NCBI GenBank assembly: GCA_950097015.1
Contig: CATNEN010000007.1
Coordinates: 11,904,001-11,968,000, forward strand
DNA from: Macrostomum hystrix
Taxonomy: Eukaryota > Animalia > Platyhelminthes
Reading direction: 5' to 3'
Length of the DNA: 64,000 nt
A program made the position numbers and the translations under genes. Positions 1 through 11,743 of the stretch are shown in pieces. The notes beneath the pieces were generated by a model. The model worked only from the letters and a program-made list of their open reading frames with translations. It was not told the origin of the DNA and made no database searches. Positions within the stretch are counted from its first letter, which is position 1. Each line of letters opens with the position of its first letter.

Positions 1-275
1 AAACCGTCGCCGCCGCCGCCACCAGCTTCGACAGTTGGCGCCACGACCAACCGGACCGTGTCCTCGAGAACACGCGGTGAAGTCTGGCCCTCCTTGCCGT
101 TGCTGGCAGTCGGCGCAGCGGGAGAGGGAGAGGCGGCGGTTGCAGCTGACGGCGAGGCCTGGGCGCTGTGAGCGACGAAGCCCGCAGCCTCCTGGTCCAG
201 CTGGCCGCCTGGCCTGAACGGATTGTCGCGGTCAGCGTCTTCTTCGTCCACTCGAGTCAGCCTGGTGGCCGTCAT
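1..275 (-). CDS. Partial coding exon running off the left edge; uncharacterised protein (MTATRLTRVDEEDADRDNPFRPGGQLDQEAAGFV...)
   Basis: Open, GC-rich frame from ATG at 275 to the window edge. Acceptor-like TTTCAG at 296-301 (minus). Contains an NPF-type motif (DNPFRPGGQL). Missing from the ORF track because it has no stop inside the window. Confidence 0.5.
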   Translation of the reverse strand, partial: MTATRLTRVDEEDADRDNPFRPGGQLDQEAAGFVAHSAQASPSAATAASPSPAAPTASNGKEGQTSPRVLEDTVRLVVAPTVEAGGGGGDG

Positions 276-3024
276 GCCAGTTGCAGCAGACCCGGCTGAA
301 AGGCGTCGGCGTCGGTTGGCATGTGGCACAATGTGTAGGCTTTGCTGGCAGTCTGGCCTCATCATGTTTAACTGTGAGCACTGCTAAGTCTAGCCCATTT
401 CTCAGGTTGCTTCCCACGGGTTTGACAAAAGACTCAATTGCTGCTAACTTAAACTACCAGGTCAGCACTGTTATCACTTACTCAAACAGACATGCAGCCT
501 TTCTAACCCTAGGACTTCCTTAGAGATGCTGATTGGCTATGAGCAAACTGACCAATCGATTTATCACAATGTTAATAATGTTAATGGCCAAGTAAATTGT
601 CAATTCAACAAAAATATTGATCTATTAATACATTGCTGTGACGATTCTGGTGATTGAATTAAATTAGATTAACTAATTAACTATAATTATTAAAAAATGT
701 GAACAAGTAAAATAACTAATATTAAATGGGTTCCCTTTACTGATAAAGGTTTGTCTGCTAGTTTATTTTATTTCAACCAAGAGGCCAAAAGTTCACTCCA
801 AAAAACACACTGCAAAAAGAATAACAAATTAGAAGTTATTGTCCAATCCTAAAAATGTACTTACTAAGGCTTAGCTTGCAATAGGATCAAGATTCTAATT
901 ATCTACCATGTGGATAGGCTTATCATTATTGGCTAAGTATGAAGTACTTAATGTACTTAATCAAGGCCTAGTATATTAATTAGGTTAGGTTATATTTAGA
1001 CAAACTTACATGAGGACAGGTTGGGTAGTATTGTCATTAGTTTTATTTTGCTAGTTTTATTTACACAATTATCTATTTATAATTTTTTTGTTAGAGAGTC
1101 TATAGGACAATACAAAACAATTTTTATAATAATGTAACCTTTTTTATAACCTGTAAATACATGAAAGATCCCATTTTATATGGACTGATAGCTTGGCCTA
1201 CACAAAGTAGCTTAGGCTTAAGTGCAAGTGGACAGGTGTTTTCAGTGAAGCAATATTGTTTTTAATGACAAAAGACATTTTACAGACAGCTTTATAAAAG
1301 AAAAACCAAGAGTGTGTCAAACAAATATTTAAAAAATCAAAGATTGTCAACAAAACAAAATGATTCAAGTTGTCACCAAAATAACTTTGGTCTGTGATCA
1401 TGGATGGAAACTATTGTCCATACAAAGTAGGCCTAGCTAAGTAGTCAGATAAGAATAGGCCTATAACAGTGAAGATATCAATACCAAGGTATAGCTTATT
1501 AGTAATAAATAGGATGGGATCATTCATACTTTTTTAAACTAGAAATTCACGTTTTGATCAAACTTATTGTAAAGTTTTTATAATTGCTATAAAAACTTTA
1601 TCTCTGCAATTATTGAACACTAGCTAGATACTGATATAACGCTGCACTACTACAAGCAGGACGAATTTATTCACTTGATTATTTTTCCAGCTTTTTCTCT
1701 TCTAATGGCGAATTTCGAGTACTAAACTCTTGCATGATTTATTATCACATTATTACCAATGCTTCAATGACCAATGAATGCCCACTTAAAAATTCAGTAA
1801 TATTGTAAGATTCAGATGAGCCTGTGTTCGAATTAGTAGTAGTAGCAGTAGCAGCAGCAGATATTAGGCGCAGTTAATTAAACCTTATAGGCCAATACTG
1901 ATTAACTTTATTATTGTTGAATGCTTATTAAGTTATTTTATAAGAAACACAGTAAACCGAGTTGGTGCATGGCCATGCATAGGTCTATTTTTTAATTGAA
2001 ACTCATTCTTTACTTGATTTAAATGCCCTGAGTTTCTTATAACATTGAGGCAAAACAAACAATATTTTAGTAGCTATTTTTTAGGACAGCTGCAGTATTG
2101 AAAAAATTCACTTCATTATTAATAAATACTGTATAACAATGTTTTAATTATATTCGGAACAATGACATTATTTGTACACACATTTTTAATATTGTTCATA
2201 CGTTACAATTTATTCATGATCGTTGAGCGCTCTAACTAATATGTAATTTGCTGACATGTCAGCAGCTGGCAACATAACGTAAAGTAAAGTGAGGTATCAC
2301 TGATTTCATTTTTCAGTGATACCTCACTTACAAGCATTTAACTCTAATATAAAAAAATTCTCTAAAGTTAATATGGCATGCAATTTATTAAGAAATGATG
2401 AGGCATATGTTAGATTGTTAGTTTCTGGCGGCTAGGCTAGTTTGCTTCACTTATATTATTTTATGCAAAAGTAAAATGGATTGCCATTAGGTTTTGTACT
2501 TTCACAGGGTTATTTTAAAACTGATTATGTAGTAATGCTTTAATGTAGTGTATAGATATTATTATATATCTCAGTGACAATATATACGACACAATTAATA
2601 GCTATATATGTATAAAGCTATCTAAGACTTTTGTAAACAGAAAAGTGTATAGTATTTGTTTGATTTGGACTTAAGTAATAAACTTTACTTATTCAATAGC
2701 ATATGCTTTTAGTCTCTGTTAAAATAACTTAACTGTTAGCTGTATTTATTTTAAATGTATTAATACTTTTTTAAATAATTAGGTTTACTATAGCTCAACT
2801 CTAGTAAAACAGTCATTTGTGCTTCTTGAATTCTCTAATTCATGAAAAGGTTTGTTAGTTGTAGTTTTTCATTAAAAAGTGTTAGAATTTGCTATTTAAA
2901 ATTGCAGTAAGCATGCTATTGTTCCTAGAACAAATAATGTCTTGCTTGTTGCTTTGAATGAATGTGACACAATCAGTAGACAATATTTTATGTATGGTTA
3001 TAGGCAAAATAAACTCAACTTAAA

Positions 3025-3305
3025 CATACATGCGCAACCTCCCAAATCTTAGCCGGCCGTGCGACTTAGTTTTTGCTCTCATTTGCGACTTAGTTCATTT
3101 CATTGCTCTATTTACGACTTAGTTTGCTCTCATTTGCTCTCTTTTTCTCTCCCCTTTTTCCTTTTTTTCACGCCTTCCTTTTTTGTCCCTTGGTCCCCCC
3201 TTTGATTTTTTTGCGCTTGGTCGATTGGTTTTTGCGACTTACCTTGCTTGGCCCTCGTTTCACCTGGCCGGTTCAGCCGGGTCGGCTGGGTGTTGCGCAT
3301 GTATG
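3025..3305. mobile_element. hAT-like MITE family A, copy 1
   Basis: TIR CATACATGCGCAAC...GTTGCGCATGTATG with 8-bp TSD AACTTAAA on both sides. Closely related copies at 39517 and 57416. Confidence 0.9.
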
Positions 3306-3622
3306 AACTTAAATATCAACAAAAAGAAAATATACTAACTGAAAAATTAGTACTTGGCTAATTGTGATAGGAATTTAAGATATCTATTTGTTAATTGCTT
3401 TAAATGTTTTTTTTCTAAATAAATTACATCATTATTTCATGCTTGCTATTGAAAATATTTTACTGCATTTAAACATTTCTATCCTTATTCATCATAATAT
3501 ATTGTTGATGATGCATGCATGACTCATTCCACTTGCTCATGCCCTCAGCCTGGAGTTGACTATTGCTAGTTGGTGCCCAGTGAGTGAAGTGTCTGCAAGT
3601 CTGTCAACGACCAACAGATGAA

Positions 3623-6600
3623 ATGTCGGCCATCAAACCAAATGCAAATAAGCTGTTTGATAAGCTCAAGCCAACTCAGTTTCCACAGGTCAAGTCGCTA
3701 TCAGCGGCTTATATGAGCAGCCCTGCAGGCAAGTTGGCATGCAAATTGTGTGCAGCCAATCTTTGCACTTGCACTGAACTAAAAGGCTAATTTATTCTCG
3801 AATCCCAACCTCAATTCATGCAGATGTCAGGCGGACACCGTCCACGGACTCGATGGACAGCGCTCAGTCAGCAAGCGAGCAGCAGGGCCGCAAGGACGCT
3901 GGCAAGCGCAAGATGACGGTGACCGACTTGGCCACACTCGTGCGCCAAAAATCAGCTACCATCGATGAGCTCAGGAGAGCGCTGGACAAGCAGAAGGCCG
4001 GTGAGCGGATTTGTGGCTTAATCCACTTGAGTGCGAAGCGCTTTCTCATAATATCACAAACTCCTGAGTCCGTGCTCAATGAAACTCCAACTGTCCCCAT
4101 CATCCAGATTACGAAGGCGTTATCAGCAACTTGAGGGAGTCATTTCACTCGGCCAAGGAGGTCATGCAGAGCCAGCAGCAGCATGCCACACAGGCCATCA
4201 TAGAGGTAGGCTTTGGCTGAGTTTTGCCGGGCCGCTTTTTGGGACTTTGTGATTGCTTTTGGCGCAGGGATTTCCTATGTATGCTCTTTTTAAGCAATAG
4301 TCAACCAAAAAGCAGTGAGATTTAAGCGAGTTTTACCTGGGAAGTGGCATTTAGTCTTCCAAGAGTAAACCCGATTAAAGCGCTACCATGCGAAGCGACG
4401 TTTCTGACGTCATTTGTAACGCTTTTTCTGGTGACTCAAATGCTTCCCTGATGACTCAAATGCTTCTATAATGACTCAAATGCTTCTATAATGACTCAAA
4501 TGCTTCTATAATGACTCAAATGCTTCCCTGATGACTCAAATGCTTCTATAATGACTCAAATGCTTCCCTGATGACTCAAATGCTTCTATAATGACTCAAA
4601 TGCTTCTATAATGACTCAAATGCTTCTATAATGACTCAAATGCTTCTATAATGACTCAAATGCTTCCCTGATGACTCAAATGCTTCTATAATGACTCAAA
4701 TGCTTCCCTGATGACTCAAATGCTTCTCTAATGACTCAAATGCTTCCCTGATGACTCAAATGCTTCTCTAATGAACCAAATGCTTCTATAATGACTCAAA
4801 TGCTTCTATAATGACTCAAATGCTTCCCTGATGACTCAAATGCCTCTCTAATGACTCAAATTCTTTTAACGAGTCAATTAAGCGTCCTTCGAGAAGGATT
4901 TGACGCTTTGTCGAGGCGTAACGGGTTCGCTTCGATGGAGGCGCCTAAAATAGACTGAAGAGCACGTCTGACGCTTTTCACTGTGGCAAGGTGTATGTTT
5001 CTGCTGTTTCCTTTGTGTCAGTTTTGACTTTTGACCGCTTCTGGAGTGACCCCAAATAATCCAAAGCTCCAGACAGTGGTTTGGGTTCTGTCTGGTAAAT
5101 CAGCTGATTAGCCAGTCAACCCCAAATAATCCAAAGCTCCAGACAGTGGTTTGGGTTCTGTCTGGTAAATCAGCTGATCAGCCAGTCAACCCCAAATAAT
5201 CCAAAGCTCCAGACAGTGGTTTGGGTTCTGTCTGGTAAATCAGCTGATCAGCCAGTCAACCCCAAATAATCCAAAGCTCCAGACAGTGGTTTCGGTTCTG
5301 TCTGGTAAATCAGCTGATCAACCAGTCAAACTTGTTCGTATTTTCGGTTGCGGCTTTGGTTTGGCAGGAGCACCCACTGGGTGACTGACTACCTGCCTGG
5401 CTGAGAAAACAATCAATCATTTAACTTGTCGACCCGCAGAATAACTCGGCTCCAGCTGCCGGCCAGGTATCTCTCACTCACCTGTCAGTTTAGATCAGTT
5501 CATTGTGACCTTGCCTGTTGCCATATTGTTACAGGTGCACATCTGTTTATTTCAATGTTGTGCTGCACTATACAGCTTTGTGATTTGTGAGCTGGGAAAC
5601 TCACATTCAGGGTTTGGATAGTCAAATTCAGGGTTTCTATTGAAGTAAGAGCACCTAGAATTATTAGCGCCTATTCTAAAACCCAGTAGAATACTCGTAA
5701 ATACAATGACAAGGACAAGGCCATCCATAATTGCCTGACGACTTGGAAGCCTGCAAAGTGAATTGGCCATATCCGTTTTATCGCGCACTTTCATCTCCTT
5801 GCGTGTACTCAGCATTTACAGTCCCCGCTGCGCCACCCCATGAGACATTTATTTATTCATTTAATTAGTCTATTAGTCGCCTTGACTACAGTTTTGCATT
5901 CACCTGCCTGCTCTGCTATTATGATATCATGGCAACTACAGTGCTACTTGAAATTACATTTGATTTGAGTTTGAGCACAATCGTTACGCAATTCGCACTC
6001 GCATTATTTATTGCCCGAACCCTGGGCAGCAGTACTCACGGGTTGAGCAGTGTCCGTTGCTAGGCTGGCAACTGAGCATTTAGATTTTCCTACCATCAAC
6101 ATTATCGCCACCGTTCTGTTAGAACATGCCTGTGTTACGTTCGGTTTATTGTTCGCAGCAATGAGGTGTTGCAAAAGCCCCATTGTGGCTTATGTTAAAT
6201 CCCATGCTATATGCCGTGGCTCAGGCAGCAGCATTCCGCCCAGACTCACAATGCAGCCGCTTTCCCGCGCAGGAGAAGCAGCAGCTGTCTCAGGAGCTGA
6301 GCCGGCTGCGCGCGCAGACCAGCGAGTTCCGGCAGCAGGCCCAGCAGAAGGAGGAGGAATCTGACGAGATCCGCGACCTGGCCAGGCAGGAGCTGGCCAA
6401 GGTCAAGCACATGCTGCTGAATGCCCAGACCCAGCTGGCCGAGGCGCACAGGCAGCTGGACGCGGCCAGGTGCGAGGCGGACGCCGCCAGGCGCGAGTCG
6501 GAGCGGGCCAGGCGGGAGAGCGACCTGCGCCAGCAGCGGATGGACCGGCTGCAGGAGGAGCGCAGCCGGGAGCTGGAGGAGCGGCGCAGCCTGCAGGCCA

Positions 6601-9600
6601 CCATCAAGTCGCTGTTGGCCGAGAAGGACGACCTGGAGCGGCGGCTTGATGAGCAGGCCGGGCAGCAGGCCAAGACACAGGTGAGAAGCGGGCTGGGGTG
6701 ACTCAAAGTCTCATGGTGATTCAGCATTCATCAGCTACACTTTCCTGTTCTGCTACTCCCAGTAGGCATAATCGGACATTAGTTTCTGTTGAGTGCAAAC
6801 TTTCACCTACACCGTGCCGCCTCCGCAGGCCCTGTTAGCAAATGTGGAGCGGTCTGGTGCCGAGCTGCACTCGAAGCACCTGTGCCTGCAGAAGGAGTCC
6901 GAGCAGCTGCAGGCCCGCCTGCTGCGCCTGCAGGCCGAGGCCGACGAGAAGCAGGCGGCATCAGCCGACCGGATCCGACTGCTGGAGCAGCGGGTGCAGA
7001 GTCTGGACTCCGCCGGCGGCGGACAGGTTGGGATTCGACCCTTAAGTCTGCTCATCTATGCCATAAAGGCTGTCAAGTTTGATTGCTAAATTGTTCCACG
7101 TGAGCAGACAAGCCCTTGACTCGCCTCTCCTCAGGACGAACGGCTGCGCTCCATCACGGCTGAGCGGGACCTCCTGGACAGCCGCCTGGCGGAGGCGTTG
7201 GCCCAGCTTTCCGACGCCAAGTGCGAGGCCGGCGAGCGGGCCCGCGGCCTTGAGGCCCAGCTGGCCAAGCTGAGCGCCCGCCTGGCAGACGAGCGCCAGG
7301 AGCTGCAGGAGGCGCTGCGCCAGCAGCAGCGGGAGGCCACCGGCCTGGCCGAGGCTCTGTCCGTCTCCGAGGCCAAAGCAGCCGAGTCGGCCACCCGGTC
7401 GGCCGGTCTGGAGGAGACGCTGGAGCAGCGGGAGCACGAGCTGCAGCGACTGACAGGCCGTCTGGACAATGCCCAGGCCGACCTGGATGCCGAGCGGCAC
7501 AGCTTCCAGGCCGAGCTGCAGGCTTCGGCGAGGCAGCTGCAAGATGAGCGTCTGGCGCATCGGCAGGCTGTGGTGGGCAATGCACACATTCGGCCTGAAT
7601 TTTGGGAGGCCTTTTGGAGAACGGTTTTTTTGGAGAACGAGCATTTGGGTGAATTTAAAGATTTGGGAGAATTTGAGGATTTGGGAGAATTTGAGGATTT
7701 GGGAGAATTTGAGGATTTGGGAGAATTTGAATATTTGGGAGAATTTGAAGATTTTGGAGAATTTGAGGATTTGGGAGAATTTAAAGATTTGGGAGAATTT
7801 GAAGATTTGGGAGAATTTGAAGATTTTGGAGAATTTGAGGATTTGGGAGAATTTAAAGATTTGGGAGAATTTGAAGATTTGGGAGAATTTGAAGATTTGG
7901 GAGAATTTGAAGATTTGGGAGAATTTGAAGATTTGGGAGAATTTGAGGATTTGGGAGAAGCCTGGCTGATGATGATTAGGCAACGCTGGTGTTCTTGTGT
8001 TGCGTATAGAATAATAGAGATTTCGAACGCTTGTTTCTTAACATTAAAAAGACTTCGATTAGAGATTCAAGAGGATTTTCTCTAATGCTCTGTGGATTTC
8101 AGTCGGCAGTTCAGGCGAAGCTGGACTCAGCCACGCACCAGCTGCAGGAGCGGGCGGACCTCATCGGCAAGCTTGAGAGGCAGGGTCAGGCTCTGACGGT
8201 GAGTAGTGAAAACTTAAAACTAATTTCGATGCTAAAGTCATGAGTACCGGCTCCGCATCGATCACCCGCAGGAGGAGTTGCAGACGCTCAACTCCGACAT
8301 TGACCGGCTCAGGTCGGACCGCTTCAACCAGGACCTGCGCGTGACCGAGCTAGCATCGCTGAAGGACAGCAGCGCCGCCGAGCTACGGGATCTTCAGCGG
8401 AAGCTACAGTCTGCCAGGCGTGAGGCGGGCGCCGCCCAGGCCGAGGCTGACAAACTGCAGTCAGGTGAGCATTCAGAACAGCCTGTACTGGGAGTGGGGA
8501 AGAGAAACCGAACTGGGGATGAGGAAGAGAGGCCGAACTGAAGATGGGGAAGAGAGGCCGAACTGAAGATGGGGAAGAGAGGCCGAACTGAAGATGGGGA
8601 AGAGAGGCCGAACTGAAGATGAGGAAGAGAGGCCGAACTGAAGATGGGGAAGAGAGGCCGAACATGGATGGGGAAGAGAGGCCGAACTGAAGATGGGGAA
8701 GAGAGGCCGAACATGGATGGGGAAGAGAGGCCGAACTGAAGATGGGGAAGAGAGGCCGAACATGGATGGGGAAGAGAGGCCGAACTGAAGATGGGGAAGA
8801 GAGGCCGAACTGAAGATGAGGAAGAGAGGCCGAACTGAAGATGGGGAAGAGAGGCCGAACTGAAGATGGGGAAGAGAGGCCGAACTGAAGATGAGGAAGA
8901 GAGGCCGAACTGAAGATGGGGAAGAGAGGCCGAACATGGATGGGGAAGAGAGGCCAAGCTTGTAGTTGGAGGAGAGGTCGGACTGGAAATGGCAACCATA
9001 ATAGGAATTACGTGGTTCCCACGTAATTTGCTGAATAAAATAAGTTGGAAGTCAGCCAGTGTCCATAAATGCAACCACCTGGCCCTCCAAACTCGCAGAG
9101 AAGCTGTCCCTGGAGCAGCGGTTGGCTGCAGCTGAGTCCGAGTCCCGAGCAGCCTCTGCGGCGCACCAGTCCGAGGCGGAGTCGCTGCGAGCGGAGCTGG
9201 CCTCCCTAGAGAGCCAGGCGGAGACGGCTGCCCTGACCAACAGCGAGCTGACTGAGCGGGTGCAGGAGCTGGAGCGCGAGCGGGAGACGGTGGTGGTCAG
9301 CCTGGAGACTGAGAGCGTTCGCGCCCTGCGACAGGAGGCGCAGAGCCTCGGCGACCAGCTGGCGGAGCGCAACAAGACGGTCCGGGTTCTGCAGCAGCGC
9401 CTGCTGGACATGAAGAAAACTTTGCAGCGCGAGCTCCGCCTGCAGCAGCAGCCGGGCGGCGGACGGCTGCCTAACGAATCGGCAGCCACCGACGCCGGCG
9501 TTGCCGACGATGATTCAACGGTGGCTGCTAACGGCGGCGGCGGAGGAAGCGGCCTGGAGTCAGCGGAGGGCGAGCTGGTCAACCTGATGTACCTAAAGCA

Positions 9601-9781
9601 CGTGCTGCTGAAGTTCCTGCTGACCAGAGAGGACGAGGCGCAGCACCTGGTCCGAGCGCTGTCCGCCCTGCTGCACTGCTCGCCAGAGGAGGAGAAAATG
9701 CTGCGCAAAGCGCTGCGCCACCGCTCCGCCTGGTTTGTGTCCAAGCCGCGCCTCTCCGACCTGGTGCCACCCAACCTCTGA
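3623..9781 (+). CDS. GOLGA1: Golgin-97-like coiled-coil GRIP-domain protein (9 exons)
   Basis: Phase-consistent exons 3623-3728, 3824-4000, 4108-4205, 6273-6680, 6829-7026, 7135-7572, 8103-8198, 8272-8464, 9099-9781. Long coiled coil. The C-terminus ERNKTVRVLQQRLLDMKKTLQREL...VNLMYLKHVLLKFLLTREDEAQHLVRALSALLHCSPEEEKML...SAWFVSKP matches the golgin-97 GRIP domain and tail. The first exon is the least certain (needs a GC-AG intron). Confidence 0.88.
4432..4862. repeat. 20-bp minisatellite ATGACTCAAATGCTTC(TATA/CCTG), about 21 copies, intronic
   Basis: Direct tandem periodicity. Confidence 0.95.
5049..5329. repeat. 70-bp tandem repeat x4, intronic
   Basis: CCCAAATAATCCAAAGCTCC recurs at 5051, 5121, 5191 and 5261. 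Confidence 0.95.
7645..7959. repeat. 18-bp minisatellite GATTTGGGAGAATTTGAA in a golgin intron
   Basis: Tandem periodicity; explains the spurious DLGEFE and SQIFKF ORFs. Confidence 0.95.
8498..8956. repeat. 25/24-bp minisatellite GAAGAGAGGCCGAACTGAAGATGGG in a golgin intron
   Basis: Tandem periodicity. Confidence 0.95.
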
Positions 9782-11140
9782 CCTCCTCCTGACCCCCGTG
9801 TGACCCCCCCCCGCGTAAGCAGTCCAATCACGCCTGAGTACTTTAATGACCTCTACAGGCTATTCTCTGTGCAACGTGCTAGTCTTGCCCCATCCGACAT
9901 CTGCTGGCATCAGCGGCCGGGACCAGCCCCGGATCCGGTTGCCAAGCTCTGTTCAGTACTTTAATTGCCTAAAACATTTGCATTGACTGTTCTGCTAGAT
10001 TCCCCGTTGGCAAGCCCTGGCAACGAGCCATCAAGTATTCTCAACGATTCGCTCTCACCTGCTCCTCACCCCAAGGACAGCAGAGCTAACGAACGAACGC
10101 ACCGCTCTACCGCACCATTCCATGCCTGCTACCATGTCGATCGATTGCTTCTGTGATGGCAAACATTTTTGTCCCTGCACCTGTACTCAAACTACTCAAA
10201 TCCGCTTTACGGTGAACCGGCACGCTGACATGTACTCCAAGCCCCCTCACCTGTTCATGGCTGTGGCATCGCAATGTGCAGCTCTCAGCCTCCGCCCCGC
10301 TGCAGGGCTTGTTTTCCCCGCGCTTCCTCAATTGTACAGCCCGCCCAGCCGCCTCCGCGCGCTGCCGGACAATAGCTTCCCGCTTTGTTTAATTCCTTAA
10401 TGCTGTTCGAATTGATTGCGAAATTGCGGTTAATTGTAGACTCTCAGCGCTCAGCTGAGCTGGTTCAGGGCTGCCTCCGTCTCCGCCGCGTGTAGCGGAT
10501 TCGCTTCTCTGAGGCTGCAGTCTTTTATTCTTTCTTTTGTCTAGTGGAGATTTTTTTCTGTTTAGCCTTTTGTCTTGTCGATTCTTCCTCATCCGCCCGC
10601 TCTGGTGTTTGTTCCATTGTCCGCCCCGCCTGGCCCGCGTCCTCCACCCAGCCTGCTGCTTCTGCTGCTGCTGCATTGTTTTTGCTTGTCTTCTATATGG
10701 AAAATAAAACTGCTGTGCGCAATCAATCAAGCCGAAAACAGACGGGGAGAATTATAGAAGGACTGAAAGGTGGGGACAGAGACAGCAGGGATTTAGGCGA
10801 TTATCTTGGGGATAGAGGCGGAGATGCGGATTGGTTTGAGAAGTGAAACACTGCGGTAGGCAAGCAGGGATAGCAGATTCTGTTGATTGTCTTTCACCGC
10901 TGCAGCGGACCTCGCAGGTCAGGGCTCGGTGGCTGAGAGTGCGGGAGGTGCGTTCTCTCCATGTCAGTAAATTAGGGTGTCCCAGGCACCGAACCCGCCC
11001 CAGTGGCAGCGGCTGTCAGAGTTTCCTTTTATCATCGCTCGCAGACTCAGAGCTGGAGTGAAAGCAATATTAAAACAGGATTCCTGCGTTTAGCGTCTCG
11101 GTTATTTCAGATTTGCTTCTCTGTTACTGATGGAACTGAT

Positions 11141-11451
11141 GCTGATGGAATCCCACAGGCAGTGGTGGCTGATGGAATCCCACAGGCAGTGGAGGCTGAT
11201 GGAATCCCACAGGCAGTGGAGGCTGATGGAATCCCACAGGCAGTGGTGGCTGATGGAATCCCACAGGCAGTGGAGGCTGATGGAATCCCACAGGCAGTGG
11301 AGGCTGATGGAATCCCACAGGCAGTGGTGGCTGATGGAATCCCACAGGCAGTGGAGGCTGATGGAATCCCACAGGCAGTGGAGGGGATGGAATCCCACAG
11401 GCAGTGGAGGCTGATGGAATCCCACAGGCAGTGGAGGGGATGGAATCCCAC
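11141..11451. repeat. 27-bp minisatellite GCTGATGGAATCCCACAGGCAGTGGAG
   Basis: Tandem periodicity. Confidence 0.95.
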
Positions 11452-11743
11452 TGTCAGCACATTCGTCAATAATCCAGTACTGCACGTTGTCTCACAAAGT
11501 GGGGCAGCTTGGGTTGTAGAAATTTGTCCCCAAGCATCTGCATATCCCCTCAGTGCAATCGGTAGGCCTGTAATCTCTGGATTGCTTAGCCATCCAATCG
11601 CTAAGCAGGCCGCATCTCATTGGTCCTGCCCTGAGGAGCACCAGTTATTAAAGTAATTGATTTAGCTGTCTCTGAGAGCGGAACTGACGCCTCTGAACAG
11701 CTGGCAGCGAGCTGCAAAGCCGTCACACCCAGCCACCCACCTG

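Noticed and set aside
5552-5815. 87-aa minus-strand ORF nested in a golgin intron
   Set aside because: No recognisable motif, coding bias or splice structure.
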